Assembly (NCBI GenBank): GCA_002898015.1 | Contig: BDTM01000128.1 | Location: 2,781 to 66,780, forward strand | DNA from: a bacterium BMS3Bbin03 | Lineage (GTDB): Bacteria > Zhuqueibacterota > JdFR-76 > BMS3Abin05 | Direction: 5' to 3' | DNA length: 64,000 nt | Shown here: piece after piece, positions 48,085 to 58,537 of the stretch | Layout of the letters: every line of letters starts with the position of its first letter | How positions within the stretch are numbered: the stretch's first letter is position 1 | Position numbers and translations under genes: made by a program | The notes under the pieces: model-generated | Told to the model about the DNA's origin: nothing | The model's database searches: none | Seen by the model: only the letters and a program-made list of their open reading frames with translations

Positions 48085-50787
48085 TTATTTTTGATGCTTT
48101 AGTTTTGCCTGTGCCGCTGCCAAACGGGCAATGGGCACCCGGTACGGCGAGCAACTGACGTAGTTCAGATTCAACTCGTCACAAAGCTCTATGGACTGCG
48201 GGTTGCCGCCGTGTTCACCGCAGATCCCGATCTTCAAATTGGGGCGGGTCTTTCGGCCTTTTTCCACACCGATGCCCATTAATTGTCCGACACCGTCTCT
48301 GTCGATGCTCTGGAACGGGTCCACCCTGTAAAAACCCCGTTCCACGTAAAGCGGCAGGAACTTGCCGGCGTCGTCACGGCTCATGCCGAGTGTCATCTGG
48401 GTCAGGTCGTTTGTTCCGAATGAGAAGAATTCCGCCTTTTCCGCAATTTCATCCGCCGTCAAAGCCGCGCGCGGGACTTCGATCATCGTGCCGACTTTGT
48501 ATTCGAACGTTATATGGGTTTCCTTTTGAACCTCTTCGGCCACGCGGCGAATAATTTGTTCCTGATCGTCCAATTCCGCCTTGAGGCCGACCAGCGGCAC
48601 CATGACTTCAGGGATAACCTTGACACCCTGCTTGATAAGATTCGCAGCCGCGGTAAAAATAGCCCGGGACTGCATTTCGGTAATTTCAGGATGAACCACT
48701 CCCAGCCGGCAGCCCCGATGCCCCAGCATTGGATTGACTTCCTTCAATTGCCGTCCTTTCAGCTTTAATTCTTCCACAGGAATACCAATGCGCCCGGACA
48801 ACTCTTTATATTCTTCGTCCGTATGCGGTAAAAATTCATGCAGCGGCGGGTCGAGCAGACGTATGGTGACCGGCAGGCCTTCCATTTCTTTGAAAATGCC
48901 TTCGAAGTCCTCCTGCTGCATGGGACGAATTTTGTCCAGCGCCTTTTTGCGGCCTTCCGAATCGGAGGCAAAAATCATTTCCCGAACGGCCAGAATTCGA
49001 TCGCCCACGAAGAACATGTGTTCGGTACGGCACAGTCCGATGCCTTCCGCACCGAATTTACGCGCCGTCCACGAATCGTGGGGCGTGTCGGAATTGGTGC
49101 GGATTCCGAGCCGGCGAATCTCATCCGCCCAGGTCATGAGTTTATCGTAATACGGGTACAGGGACGCCTCTTCCGGTTTCATCTGGCCTAAAACAACCGC
49201 CGTAATTTCGGAGGGGCTGGTGGACACGGAACCCACATAAATTTCGCCGACGCTCCCGTCGATGGAAATTTCATCCCCCTCTTTCAATGTAATCCCGTTG
49301 GACACCACCTGATGGTTGTGATAATCGATTTCAATCTTTTCGGCACCGGCAATACAGGGCTTGCCGATCCCGCGCGCCACCACCGCCGCATGAGAAGTCG
49401 AGCCGCCCCGGGAGGTCAAAATGCCCTTTGCCGCCACCATTCCGTGAAAATCGTCCGGGGAGGTTTCTGTCCGCACCAGGATGACGGATTTTCCCTCTTT
49501 AGACCATGCCACCGCTTTATCCGGGTCGAAGGCAATCACACCGCTGGCCGCACCCGGAGACGCATTGATACCCACTCCGAACAGTCTCTTTTTTGCCTTT
49601 GGATCAAAACGTTCATGAAGCAATTGATCCAATTGATCCGGATCGACCCGCATGATGGCTTCTTCCCGGGTGATCAGACCTTCTTCCACCATGTCCACGG
49701 CAATGCGGATGGCGGCCATGGCCGTGCGTTTTCCGTTGCGCGTTTGCAGCATCCAGAGTTTGCCTTTTTGAATCGTAAATTCCATGTCCTGCATATCGCG
49801 GTAATGCTTTTCCAATTTCTTATAAATGGCTTCCAGCTCCTTGTAAGCTTCCGGCAGTTCTTCTTCAAGTGTGATTTGGCCTTCGCTGGTACGGCCGGCT
49901 TTGTTAATGGGCTGAGGCGTCCGGATGCCGGCAACCACATCCTCACCCTGTGCATTCTTTAAAAATTCACCAAAAAATCGTTTTTCACCGGTGCCGGGAT
50001 CACGCGTAAAAGCCACACCTGTGGCCGAATCGTCCCCCATATTTCCAAAAACCATGGTCACAATATTGACAGCCGTTCCCCAATCGTCCGGGATTTTGTT
50101 GACGCGGCGGTAGTCCGCGGCGCGTTTCGTGTTCCAGGAACGAAAAACAGCCATGACGGCATCGGTTAATTGTTCCCAGGGATCCTGCGGAAATGCCTTG
50201 CCGGTTTGTTTTTCAAAAATTTGCTTAAATTTTTCAACCAGATCCTTTAAATCTTCAGCCGTCAGATCGGTATCGTAGGCGGCACCTGCTTCTTCTTTCT
50301 TTTTCTCCAATGCCTTTTCAAAATGTACCCCGTCGATTCCAAAAACGACGTTTCCAAACATTTGAATAAAACGGCGGTAGGAATCGTAGGCAAATCTCGG
50401 ATTGCCGGTTTCTTCCGCCAATCCGACAACCGATTTATCATTTAACCCGAGGTTTAAAACCGTATCCATCATCCCCGGCATGGAAACGCGGGCGCCCGAA
50501 CGCACGGAAACAAGCAATGGGTTTTTGGAATCCCCCAATTTGCGGCCCATATCCTTTTCGATGCGCAGGATGCCTTCCCGAACCTGATCTAGTAAACCAT
50601 CGGGCAATTTGTTATTTAATTTGAAATATTCAACACACGCCTCCGTAGAAATGGTAAATCCCGGAGGAACCGGAATCCCGATACGGTTCATCTCCGCCAG
50701 ATTGGCTCCCTTGCCGCCCAGAAGGTTTCGCATTTCGGCGCCCCCTTCCGTTCCCTGCGGGCCAAAATAATAGACATATTTTTTCAT
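48085..50787 (-). CDS. ppdK: Pyruvate, phosphate dikinase
   Basis: GGKGANLAEM, SMPGMMDT, TSHAAVVAR (phospho-His), GLCRTEHMF, GICGEHGG. Confidence 0.97.
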   Translation of the reverse strand: MKKYVYYFGPQGTEGGAEMRNLLGGKGANLAEMNRIGIPVPPGFTISTEACVEYFKLNNKLPDGLLDQVREGILRIEKDMGRKLGDSKNPLLVSVRSGARVSMPGMMDTVLNLGLNDKSVVGLAEETGNPRFAYDSYRRFIQMFGNVVFGIDGVHFEKALEKKKEEAGAAYDTDLTAEDLKDLVEKFKQIFEKQTGKAFPQDPWEQLTDAVMAVFRSWNTKRAADYRRVNKIPDDWGTAVNIVTMVFGNMGDDSATGVAFTRDPGTGEKRFFGEFLKNAQGEDVVAGIRTPQPINKAGRTSEGQITLEEELPEAYKELEAIYKKLEKHYRDMQDMEFTIQKGKLWMLQTRNGKRTAMAAIRIAVDMVEEGLITREEAIMRVDPDQLDQLLHERFDPKAKKRLFGVGINASPGAASGVIAFDPDKAVAWSKEGKSVILVRTETSPDDFHGMVAAKGILTSRGGSTSHAAVVARGIGKPCIAGAEKIEIDYHNHQVVSNGITLKEGDEISIDGSVGEIYVGSVSTSPSEITAVVLGQMKPEEASLYPYYDKLMTWADEIRRLGIRTNSDTPHDSWTARKFGAEGIGLCRTEHMFFVGDRILAVREMIFASDSEGRKKALDKIRPMQQEDFEGIFKEMEGLPVTIRLLDPPLHEFLPHTDEEYKELSGRIGIPVEELKLKGRQLKEVNPMLGHRGCRLGVVHPEITEMQSRAIFTAAANLIKQGVKVIPEVMVPLVGLKAELDDQEQIIRRVAEEVQKETHITFEYKVGTMIEVPRAALTADEIAEKAEFFSFGTNDLTQMTLGMSRDDAGKFLPLYVERGFYRVDPFQSIDRDGVGQLMGIGVEKGRKTRPNLKIGICGEHGGNPQSIELCDELNLNYVSCSPYRVPIARLAAAQAKLKHQK

Positions 50788-50854
50788 TTTACAACCTCCT
50801 GACAAAAATTTTAGTACACAGCTTCTTTCTCAATTTCTTATCCGATTTTGTTTC

Positions 50855-51658
50855 TTAAAATAGAACCAATTTAATGAAAATCGCCAGCAAAAACAGACTA
50901 AAAAAAGCGCGAAGGTATTTGAGCGGCAGGATGGAGTTCAAATAAGCCCCGAACTGTGAAAAAACCAAGGATCCGGCCAATATGGGAATTGCGGCCAGTA
51001 CATACACGTATCCCAAGGAACCGTGCGGCAAATTCTCCGCAGGCAGCCCATGGAGGATGTACCCTGAAACGCCCGCCAGTGCGGTGAAAATAATAATGGC
51101 ACTGGATGTACCGGCTGTTTTTTTAACCGGCACATTCAGGAAAAGGATAATGACGGGTACGAAAAATACACCGCCCCCGATGCCTGCCATGGCTGCAAAA
51201 AATCCCGAAACAAAGCCAATGGGTAAGGTGATTTTCAAAGACATCTTCAGAGATTGGCTCTTCGAACCGCCTCCAACTCCGGCAAAAACCTGAAATGCCA
51301 GCAATAAAAGCACTCCGGCCAGAATATATTTTAGAACAATTCCGGGCAGGTAGGCCGCCAATGACGACCCTGCGAACGCGCCGAAGATACTCCCGCCCGC
51401 AATGTAAGGCACCACTTTCCAGACCACATTTCCCTGCCTGCCGTGACGATACACACTGAAAATGGAATTGAAGACGGCACAAAACAGGCTTGTTCCGAAA
51501 GCGACACGCACCGCAATGTCGACGTTCATTCCGTGTGATTGAAAAAAAAACAATAAAAACGGGCCCAGGATAATACCGCCGCCAACCCCGAAAAATCCTG
51601 CCAGAAGACCGGTCAGACTGCCAACGAGCAGTAAGGGCAGGATATTTTCAAAAATCAC
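50855..51658 (-). CDS. TauE/SafE (TSUP) family permease
   Basis: GFFGVGGG, GIGGG repeats, GTS motifs, multiple TM helices. Confidence 0.88.
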   Translation of the reverse strand: MIFENILPLLLVGSLTGLLAGFFGVGGGIILGPFLLFFFQSHGMNVDIAVRVAFGTSLFCAVFNSIFSVYRHGRQGNVVWKVVPYIAGGSIFGAFAGSSLAAYLPGIVLKYILAGVLLLLAFQVFAGVGGGSKSQSLKMSLKITLPIGFVSGFFAAMAGIGGGVFFVPVIILFLNVPVKKTAGTSSAIIIFTALAGVSGYILHGLPAENLPHGSLGYVYVLAAIPILAGSLVFSQFGAYLNSILPLKYLRAFFSLFLLAIFIKLVLF

Positions 51659-53343
51659 TTCGACAATCCCAATTTCATTCTGTATTTTTGAGGATTAGTC
51701 AGGATTGAAATGGCGGCTCCCACAGTTTTATCGCCCTCCAGAGAAGCGCGAATTTCCGCCCTGCTCCCTTTCAATTTTGCAATCGTCTCTAACCTTAACA
51801 TCCGCTTCATAAAATCTTCGCTTTTATTAAATTCGGAGTACTTCTGCCGGCCTAACAGCGTTTTCAAAGCTTTTAAGTTTTCCTCAAAAGGCTGACCGTA
51901 TTTTCGATCTTTTGCCGTTTTTTCGAGGGAATCCAGCGCTTTTATGCCTTCAATGTTAAACGTGAATTTCTTCCCTTTCAAGTATTCCCTGAAATCTTTC
52001 AGCACATTATTTTGAATAATAATCGGCTTCAATGTGTCCCGTATCGTGGAGGCGTAACGAACCGCAAAATTGAAGAACATCGATTTACGAATGAGTTCCC
52101 ATTCAAAATTGGAAAGTTTCGGATTTTTGACGACAATATCCGGTTCAATGCCTCCGCCTCCGTAGACGACCCGCCCGTCTTTTGTGTGGTAAGCTTTCTT
52201 CCCGGTTGAATCCGACTTAAACGAATCGGGATGAACAAAAACATCGACCGAGTTCCGGAACGTGTGTTTATCATTGTTGATGCAGCGTCCGCTTGGAATG
52301 TAATATTTGGCTGTGGTGATTTTAACAGACTGTGTTTTGCTGAGCGGCACGATGGTTTGTACAAGCCCCTTGCCGAAAGTCCGGGTGCCGACCACAACAC
52401 CTCGATCCATGTCCTGAATGGCGCCGGTGACGATTTCGGACGCGGATGCGGAATTGCCGTCGACCAGAATGGCCAGCGGCAGATCGGGCGCAACGGGCTC
52501 TTTTTCGGCACGAAACTTCTGGTTAGAATTGGGTGTCCGCCCTCTTGTTGAGACAATCAAGGTTCCTTTTGGAAGAAACACATTGGCCACATTCACGGCC
52601 GCCGGTAAAAGTCCGCCCGGATTTGAGCGCAAATCCAGAATGACCGTCGTCATGCCCTTCGATTTCAAGTTTTTAATCGCATCGGATATTTCTTTTCCAA
52701 CATTTTTGGAAAAACGGCGGAGCTTAATGTAGCCGACACCGTCCCGAATAATGCCGGTGTAACTCACATCATGAACACTGATGACGGCTCTTATGAGATG
52801 AAATTCCAGGGGTTCCTGAACGCCGGCCCGCCGCACTTTTATGATGACACTGGTGCCGGGGCGTCCCCGCAGCCGGATAGCGGTTTTTGAAATCTTTTCG
52901 CCTTTTGTGGATTTTCCATCCACTTCGATAATTTGATCCCCTTCCCGGATGCCGGCTTTGAGCGCAGGCGTCCCGCTGAATGGGGGCTCTACAACTGTGG
53001 GCCACTCATCGCGAATGCTGATGGTCATTCCCACGCCGCCGTATTTGCCCCTGGTCATGATGCTCATTTCTTCATTTTGGTCACGCTCCAAAAGCATGGT
53101 GTAAGGATCCAGTGCATCCAACAGGCGATTCACACCCACGCGCATAAATTTGTTGGGATCGATCTCTTCCACATATTTTAATGTCACTTCTTTGTAAACC
53201 TGGACAAACAGCGTAAGATTCTTCTGTACCTCCAGGTAATAATCCGGGCTGGCAGGGGAGCCCATATTGGCCATCCAGCCACCCAGAGAAATGGTCAGAA
53301 TGGTCAGAACAACAATCCAAATGCCTTGTTTTTTCCACTTCAT
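51655..53343 (-). CDS. ctpA: S41 carboxy-terminal processing protease
   Basis: LDPYT, PDZ domain, DLRSNPGG, SASASEI, TFGKGLVQ. Confidence 0.9.
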   Translation of the reverse strand: MKWKKQGIWIVVLTILTISLGGWMANMGSPASPDYYLEVQKNLTLFVQVYKEVTLKYVEEIDPNKFMRVGVNRLLDALDPYTMLLERDQNEEMSIMTRGKYGGVGMTISIRDEWPTVVEPPFSGTPALKAGIREGDQIIEVDGKSTKGEKISKTAIRLRGRPGTSVIIKVRRAGVQEPLEFHLIRAVISVHDVSYTGIIRDGVGYIKLRRFSKNVGKEISDAIKNLKSKGMTTVILDLRSNPGGLLPAAVNVANVFLPKGTLIVSTRGRTPNSNQKFRAEKEPVAPDLPLAILVDGNSASASEIVTGAIQDMDRGVVVGTRTFGKGLVQTIVPLSKTQSVKITTAKYYIPSGRCINNDKHTFRNSVDVFVHPDSFKSDSTGKKAYHTKDGRVVYGGGGIEPDIVVKNPKLSNFEWELIRKSMFFNFAVRYASTIRDTLKPIIIQNNVLKDFREYLKGKKFTFNIEGIKALDSLEKTAKDRKYGQPFEENLKALKTLLGRQKYSEFNKSEDFMKRMLRLETIAKLKGSRAEIRASLEGDKTVGAAISILTNPQKYRMKLGLSK

Positions 53344-53385
53344 TATTAAACCTCCAGAAATTATATTAAAAAGAGACAAAATTCC

Positions 53386-54021
53386 TTAAATATCAAGTTT
53401 TTTCTTGATTTCAGACCATATATTTTGATGAATTTCATCCGGCGCACGCATGGCGTCGATCACAACCACACGGTCTTGTTCCTGAGCCGCAATTTTTAAA
53501 TACCCCTCACGCACACGCCTGTAAAATTCTAATTTTTCGGATTCAAGGCGATCCAATCGACGGCCCTTCGCTTTTCGTTTAAATGCCTCAGCCGGGTCAA
53601 TATCTAACAAAAACGTCAGAGCCGGTTTTAAGTTCCCAACGGCTATCGCGTGTGCCTTGAAAACCAAATCCAATGGAATATTTCTCCCATAGCCCTGATA
53701 GGCGGTGGAAGAATCTGCAAATCGATCACAAATGACAATGTTGCCTTCCCGTAACAGGGGCAGAATTTTCTCATGCACCAACTGGGCCCGGGCGGCAGAA
53801 TAGAGCAACAGTTCCGTTACGGATTGCATTTCCCCGTAAGAATGATCCAGTAATATCTCCCGTATTTTTTCGGAAAGAGGCGTTCCCCCCGGTTCCCGAA
53901 ACCACTGTACCGAAAAATCGAGCCGTTCCAATTGATCTATTAGCTTTTGCACTTGAAGAGATTTGCCTGAAAAGTCGATCCCTTCAATCGTGATAAAAAA
54001 TCCTTTTTGCAGTCGATGCAT
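53386..54021 (-). CDS. tmk: Thymidylate kinase
   Basis: EGIDFSGKS, REPGGT, DRFADSSTAYQGYGR. Confidence 0.95.
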   Translation of the reverse strand: MHRLQKGFFITIEGIDFSGKSLQVQKLIDQLERLDFSVQWFREPGGTPLSEKIREILLDHSYGEMQSVTELLLYSAARAQLVHEKILPLLREGNIVICDRFADSSTAYQGYGRNIPLDLVFKAHAIAVGNLKPALTFLLDIDPAEAFKRKAKGRRLDRLESEKLEFYRRVREGYLKIAAQEQDRVVVIDAMRAPDEIHQNIWSEIKKKLDI

Positions 54022-54051
54022 GACGATCGATACACCCGCTTTTGGCGATCG

Positions 54052-55431
54052 TTAAATTTTAATAAATTTCCAGCGCCCTTTTTTGAATCTGAAATAATTC
54101 AGTGTCAGCCGGGAAGTCTCATCAATCCCCTGCACCAGCCACAACCCCAGCAGCGACAGACCCAGAGGAAAAGCAAAGAAATAAGTGGCACCCGTTTCCA
54201 TCACAATGGAGCTTCCGACGGCCCAGTACATGAGCCATTTTAAATCACCGGCGCCCCTGAGGTTCCCGCTAATCACATTATTAAGGGCCTTGGGGATTTG
54301 TACGAGTGCAAAGATAATTATGACATGTTTTCCGATTTGAAAAACTCTGACCTCACCCGTAAAAATTGAAATCAACGGTTTATCAAAAATCAATAACGAA
54401 GCCACGATTAAAACCACAAAACCGCCCATGACATAACTGGCCATGTGTCCGGTTTCTTCGGCTCGCTTATGCTCCTCGGCGCCGATGTTTTGACCCACAA
54501 GCGTCATGGCCCCAAGACTGAATCCCATGTAAACCATGGACAGGATGGCCTGAATGCGCATGAAAACCTGATGGGCGGCAAGGTAGTAAATTCCCAACAA
54601 CGCGGCATAACTGGTGATGACCATTTGACCGTAAGCCCAGAACAATTGTTCAATAGTGGTCGGCATACCGGTTGAATACAACCGTTTAAAGCTCTTGAAA
54701 TTGGGTGTTGTAATTTCCCGGAAAGACAGGAAGAGCACGGAACGGCGCGTTCTCAACACAAATAGAGTAAAAAAGAACCCAACCGTGTGCGCCATTCCGG
54801 CGGCCAGAGCCGCTCCTTTCACTTCCAGACGGGGAAACCCGAACAATCCAAAAATAAGCAGCGGCGCGAGGATCAGATTCAGAAAGTTTATGGTTAGATT
54901 AATGATCATTGTAATACGCGTGTCACCCGCGCCGCGCATAATTCCCATTGCCACGAAATTTGTCAAGATCAACGGCGAAAACAGGGCAATAATCCGCAGA
55001 TACCGGATACCCGATTGTTTGGCGATCGGCTGCTTTTCCCGGATAATGGCAAAAAGCAGCGTCGCTCCGAAATACCAGATAACGGCCACCAGAAATGCCA
55101 TGATGATCCCGATCATGAGCGCCTGGCCAAAGATATGATTGGCCTGCCAGTTTTCCCCGGCCCCAAGATGACGATTGATGATAATCGAACTTCCGACGAT
55201 GAACGTCAGGAATATTGTAAAAAACAAAATAATGACCTGAATGGCCATTCCGACTCCCGCAAAATAGGCTGCAGAAAGGTGACCAATCAGGATGGCTTCA
55301 ACCGTCCACATAATGGTCTGCGATGACAGGTCGATCACCGCAGGCAGGGACGTTTTTAAAATATCAACTAATGGAGATGTCTTTTTCTGCAATACGAATT
55401 CCGTTTTTTCCTGATTAAACCAATCCCCCAA
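54052..55431 (-). CDS. MATE family efflux transporter/flippase
   Basis: About 12 TM helices, RGAGDT, GAALA, VGQNIGA. Confidence 0.9.
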   Translation of the reverse strand: MGDWFNQEKTEFVLQKKTSPLVDILKTSLPAVIDLSSQTIMWTVEAILIGHLSAAYFAGVGMAIQVIILFFTIFLTFIVGSSIIINRHLGAGENWQANHIFGQALMIGIIMAFLVAVIWYFGATLLFAIIREKQPIAKQSGIRYLRIIALFSPLILTNFVAMGIMRGAGDTRITMIINLTINFLNLILAPLLIFGLFGFPRLEVKGAALAAGMAHTVGFFFTLFVLRTRRSVLFLSFREITTPNFKSFKRLYSTGMPTTIEQLFWAYGQMVITSYAALLGIYYLAAHQVFMRIQAILSMVYMGFSLGAMTLVGQNIGAEEHKRAEETGHMASYVMGGFVVLIVASLLIFDKPLISIFTGEVRVFQIGKHVIIIFALVQIPKALNNVISGNLRGAGDLKWLMYWAVGSSIVMETGATYFFAFPLGLSLLGLWLVQGIDETSRLTLNYFRFKKGRWKFIKI

Positions 55432-55467
55432 ATCATAGGGGGATTTATTTTAAACGACCTTTTGGAA

Positions 55468-56778
55468 CTAATCTTCGTAATAATCGATACCCAAATGGGT
55501 GATCTGTTCTTCTCCCATCATATAGCGAAGGGTGTTTTTAAGCTTCATGTGCTGAATGAACAAATCGTGTTCGGGGTATAATTCCGGTTTGGTCATCGGA
55601 CTCTTAAAGTAGAAAGACAGCCATTCCTGAATACCTTTCATTCCGTTGCGTTTGGCCAGGTCCATAAAAAGTACCAAATCCAGAACAATGGGTGCGGCAA
55701 GGATGCTGTCTCTGCACAAGAAATCGATTTTAATCTGCATAGGATATCCAAGCCATCCGAAAATGTCGATATTGTCCCAGCCTTCTTTGTTGTCGCCTCT
55801 GGGCGGGTAATAGTTAATTCTGACCTTGTGGTAATAATTCTTGTACAATTCCGGGTAAACATCCGGCTGCAAAATGTAATCTAAAACCGAAAGCTTACTC
55901 TCTTCTTTTGTTTTAAATGAACCCGGATCGTCCAGAACCTCACCGTCCCGGTTTCCGAGAATATTGGTGGAAAACCAGCCGGATAATCCCAGCAGCCGGG
56001 CTTTCAGCCCCGGAGCGAGGATCGTTTTCATCAGTGTCTGACCGGTTTTGTAATCTTTCCCGGAAACCGGCACACCGTTCCGGTCCGCCAACTCCAGAAG
56101 CGCCGGAATATCCGTCGTCAAATTGGGAGCGCCGTTAATGAAGGGCACACCCATCTTCAGGGCGGCGTAGGCGTAAATCATGCTGGGGGCAATGTCCGGG
56201 TGATTTTCTTTGAGGCCCTTTTCAAAATTTTCTAAATCTTCATGTATGGCGTGCGGTTTAATAAAAACTTCAGTGCTGCCGCACCAATCCATAACAATGC
56301 GATCAAGATGATTTTTCTCCTTAAAATTGGCGATGTCTTCCATCAACATCTGAGCGTAATCCCATTTTGTCTCGGCTTTTTTCACGTAAGTGCCGTGTAG
56401 TTTTTTGACATAATTCTGGTCGAAAACGGCTTTCATGGGTTGAATGACTTCTAACTCAGGTTTTAGCTGATCCAGCAGAGTTTTGTCCAGCACGCCGGCT
56501 TTCAAGGCTGCCCGATACGCATTATCTTCAAAGATGTCCCAGCCGCCAAAAACCAGATCTTCCAGATTGGCCAACGGGACAAAATCTTTAATTTTAGGCA
56601 CGCGTTTTTCCGTGCGTTTTCCCAGACGAATAGTACCCATCTGGGTTAAGGAACCGATGGGCTTACCCAATCCTTTTTTGATCGCTTCCACACCGGCAAT
56701 AAAAGTGGTGCCAACCGCTCCCATTCCGGGGAGTAAAACACCCAGTTTCCCCCGTGTCTCAATAATTGGTTTTTTCAA
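55468..56778 (-). CDS. ino1: myo-Inositol-3-phosphate synthase
   Basis: GSLTQMGTIRLG, DYKTGQT, STNILGNRDG, DNKEGWD, RDSILAAP; TTG start after AGGAG. Confidence 0.93.
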   Translation of the reverse strand: MKKPIIETRGKLGVLLPGMGAVGTTFIAGVEAIKKGLGKPIGSLTQMGTIRLGKRTEKRVPKIKDFVPLANLEDLVFGGWDIFEDNAYRAALKAGVLDKTLLDQLKPELEVIQPMKAVFDQNYVKKLHGTYVKKAETKWDYAQMLMEDIANFKEKNHLDRIVMDWCGSTEVFIKPHAIHEDLENFEKGLKENHPDIAPSMIYAYAALKMGVPFINGAPNLTTDIPALLELADRNGVPVSGKDYKTGQTLMKTILAPGLKARLLGLSGWFSTNILGNRDGEVLDDPGSFKTKEESKLSVLDYILQPDVYPELYKNYYHKVRINYYPPRGDNKEGWDNIDIFGWLGYPMQIKIDFLCRDSILAAPIVLDLVLFMDLAKRNGMKGIQEWLSFYFKSPMTKPELYPEHDLFIQHMKLKNTLRYMMGEEQITHLGIDYYED

Positions 56779-56803
56779 TGTCCATCTCCTTTCGTTCATC
56801 AAA

Positions 56804-57166
56804 TTAGTCGAACACAATATGATTGGTCTCATCAACGACTACAACAGTCGGTTTGAAATTTTTTGCTTCATCTTCCGTCATTATGGCATAAGAAATGATG
56901 ATTAAATAATCGCCCATTTGTGCCATACGTGCAATTGCCCCGTTTAACCCAATTTTACCCGACCCTCTCTCGCCTTCGATCACGTATGTTTCTGCGCGCT
57001 GTCCGTTGTTGATGTTCAGGACCTGAACCTTCTCATTCGGCAGCAAATGGGCCGCATCCATGAGGTCGCGATCAATGGTGATGCTGCCCTCATAATTAAG
57101 ATCCACTTCGTTCACCACAGCCCGGTGGATTTTTGATTTATGGATATGGTACCACATTTTAATCAC
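56804..57166 (-). CDS. panD: Aspartate 1-decarboxylase
   Basis: [15 protein letters not shown] cleavage site, TYVI, LNGA. Confidence 0.95.
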   Translation of the reverse strand: MIKMWYHIHKSKIHRAVVNEVDLNYEGSITIDRDLMDAAHLLPNEKVQVLNINNGQRAETYVIEGERGSGKIGLNGAIARMAQMGDYLIIISYAIMTEDEAKNFKPTVVVVDETNHIVFD

Positions 57167-57178
57167 TTTCTCTGTTAA

Positions 57179-57838
57179 TTAATCTAATTGGTTCAGGCCG
57201 TTTATTTTTTCATCTTTTTTGCCGTTTTCCTGCGCCCAGATGTAATAAATCCTCTGGATGGCGGTCACATTTGCAAAGAGTGCAATGAACACAACCCCGG
57301 CAATCAAAACATATTTATAAATTATGGCCGTGATGCCGAGCATCACAACTCTTTCCGTACGCTGCATGATGCCCACCCTGCATGAAAATCCCAATCCTTC
57401 CGCCCTTGCACGAACGTAACTCACCATAATCGAACCGCCCAGGGCAATGGATGCGGCCACCGAAGCCAATATGTGATTGGCCATGATAAAATAATAAATG
57501 ACCCCAAAAAACACAATCACTTCGGAATAGCGGTCGAGCGTAGAATCGTACAAAGCGCCAAACTTTGTCACCCGGCCTGTGGCGCGTGCCACGCGTCCGT
57601 CAAAAATATCAAAAACACCGGCTAAAAGAATTAGCACACCGCCTATTCGAATGTAACCCGCCGCAAAAAAATAAGCGGAAAACAGGCTCACAATAAAACC
57701 GATCGTTGTAAACACATTTGGATTTACCTGAGCCTTAATGAAAATATCAATGATGGGCTGCAGGAGTTTTATAAACCCATTTTTAATCCAATCAGGCAAA
57801 ATAATAATTTTTATCTTTTTCCAGGCCGCTTGTTCCAA
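57179..57838 (-). CDS. CDP-alcohol phosphatidyltransferase (probable phosphatidylinositol-phosphate synthase)
   Basis: DIFDGRVAR..FGALYDSTLDR motif, SYVRARAEG, RTER; near ino1. Confidence 0.85.
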   Translation of the reverse strand: MEQAAWKKIKIIILPDWIKNGFIKLLQPIIDIFIKAQVNPNVFTTIGFIVSLFSAYFFAAGYIRIGGVLILLAGVFDIFDGRVARATGRVTKFGALYDSTLDRYSEVIVFFGVIYYFIMANHILASVAASIALGGSIMVSYVRARAEGLGFSCRVGIMQRTERVVMLGITAIIYKYVLIAGVVFIALFANVTAIQRIYYIWAQENGKKDEKINGLNQLD

Positions 57839-57849
57839 AACAATTTTCC

Positions 57850-58533
57850 TTATTTAGTTTTCGGATTGCCTTCAATTAACAGAACGATCTCGCCTTTTAC
57901 GACTTTTTGTGAAATGCGTTCCAATATTTCGGAAACACGCCCCCGTAACAATTCTTCAAACTTTTTTGTCAATTCCCGTGCGATCACAATTTGACGATCC
58001 CCGAAATAATTTAACACATCGTCAAGCGTTCGCCGGATGCGGTGCGGTGATTCATAAAGAATAATGGTGCGCTCCTCGCGGGCCAATTGTTCCAAACGGG
58101 TCTTTCGCCCCTTTTTCACCGGCAAAAACCCCTCAAAAACGAAGCGGCGTGTTTGCAATCCGGACGCCACTAAACCGGCCACAAAAGCCACAGGCCCCGG
58201 GATGGGAATAACTCGAAGTCCTGCCTGAATCACACGGGTCACCAGGTAATATGCCGGGTCCGAAATTCCGGGGGTGCCGGCATCCGTGACCAGTGCAATC
58301 GATTTCCCCTGGTTTAAAAAATCAAGCAGTACCGGCGTTTTTTTGACTTGATTGTACGAGTAAAAGCTCGTGACCGCTGTTGAAACAGCATAATGATTTA
58401 ACAATATTTTGGTTTTGCGGGTGTCTTCCGCCGCAATCAAATCGACATCTTTTAAAACCTCAACCGCTCTGAATGTGATGTCACCTAAATTCCCGATAGG
58501 CGTACTGACCAGATAAAGGACACCCGCTTCCAT
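57850..58533 (-). CDS. rsmI: 16S rRNA (cytidine1402-2'-O)-methyltransferase
   Basis: STPIGNLGDIT, AEDTR, DAGTPGISDP, YESPHR, RELTK. Confidence 0.95.
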   Translation of the reverse strand: MEAGVLYLVSTPIGNLGDITFRAVEVLKDVDLIAAEDTRKTKILLNHYAVSTAVTSFYSYNQVKKTPVLLDFLNQGKSIALVTDAGTPGISDPAYYLVTRVIQAGLRVIPIPGPVAFVAGLVASGLQTRRFVFEGFLPVKKGRKTRLEQLAREERTIILYESPHRIRRTLDDVLNYFGDRQIVIARELTKKFEELLRGRVSEILERISQKVVKGEIVLLIEGNPKTK

Positions 58534-58537
58534 TTGG

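Noticed and set aside
47330-48154. Extended N-termini in the ORF track (HAD phosphatase, also dnaE2 20407, ino1 56835, rsmI 58572)
   Set aside because: The extensions overlap upstream genes and precede the family's normal start; shorter starts were chosen.
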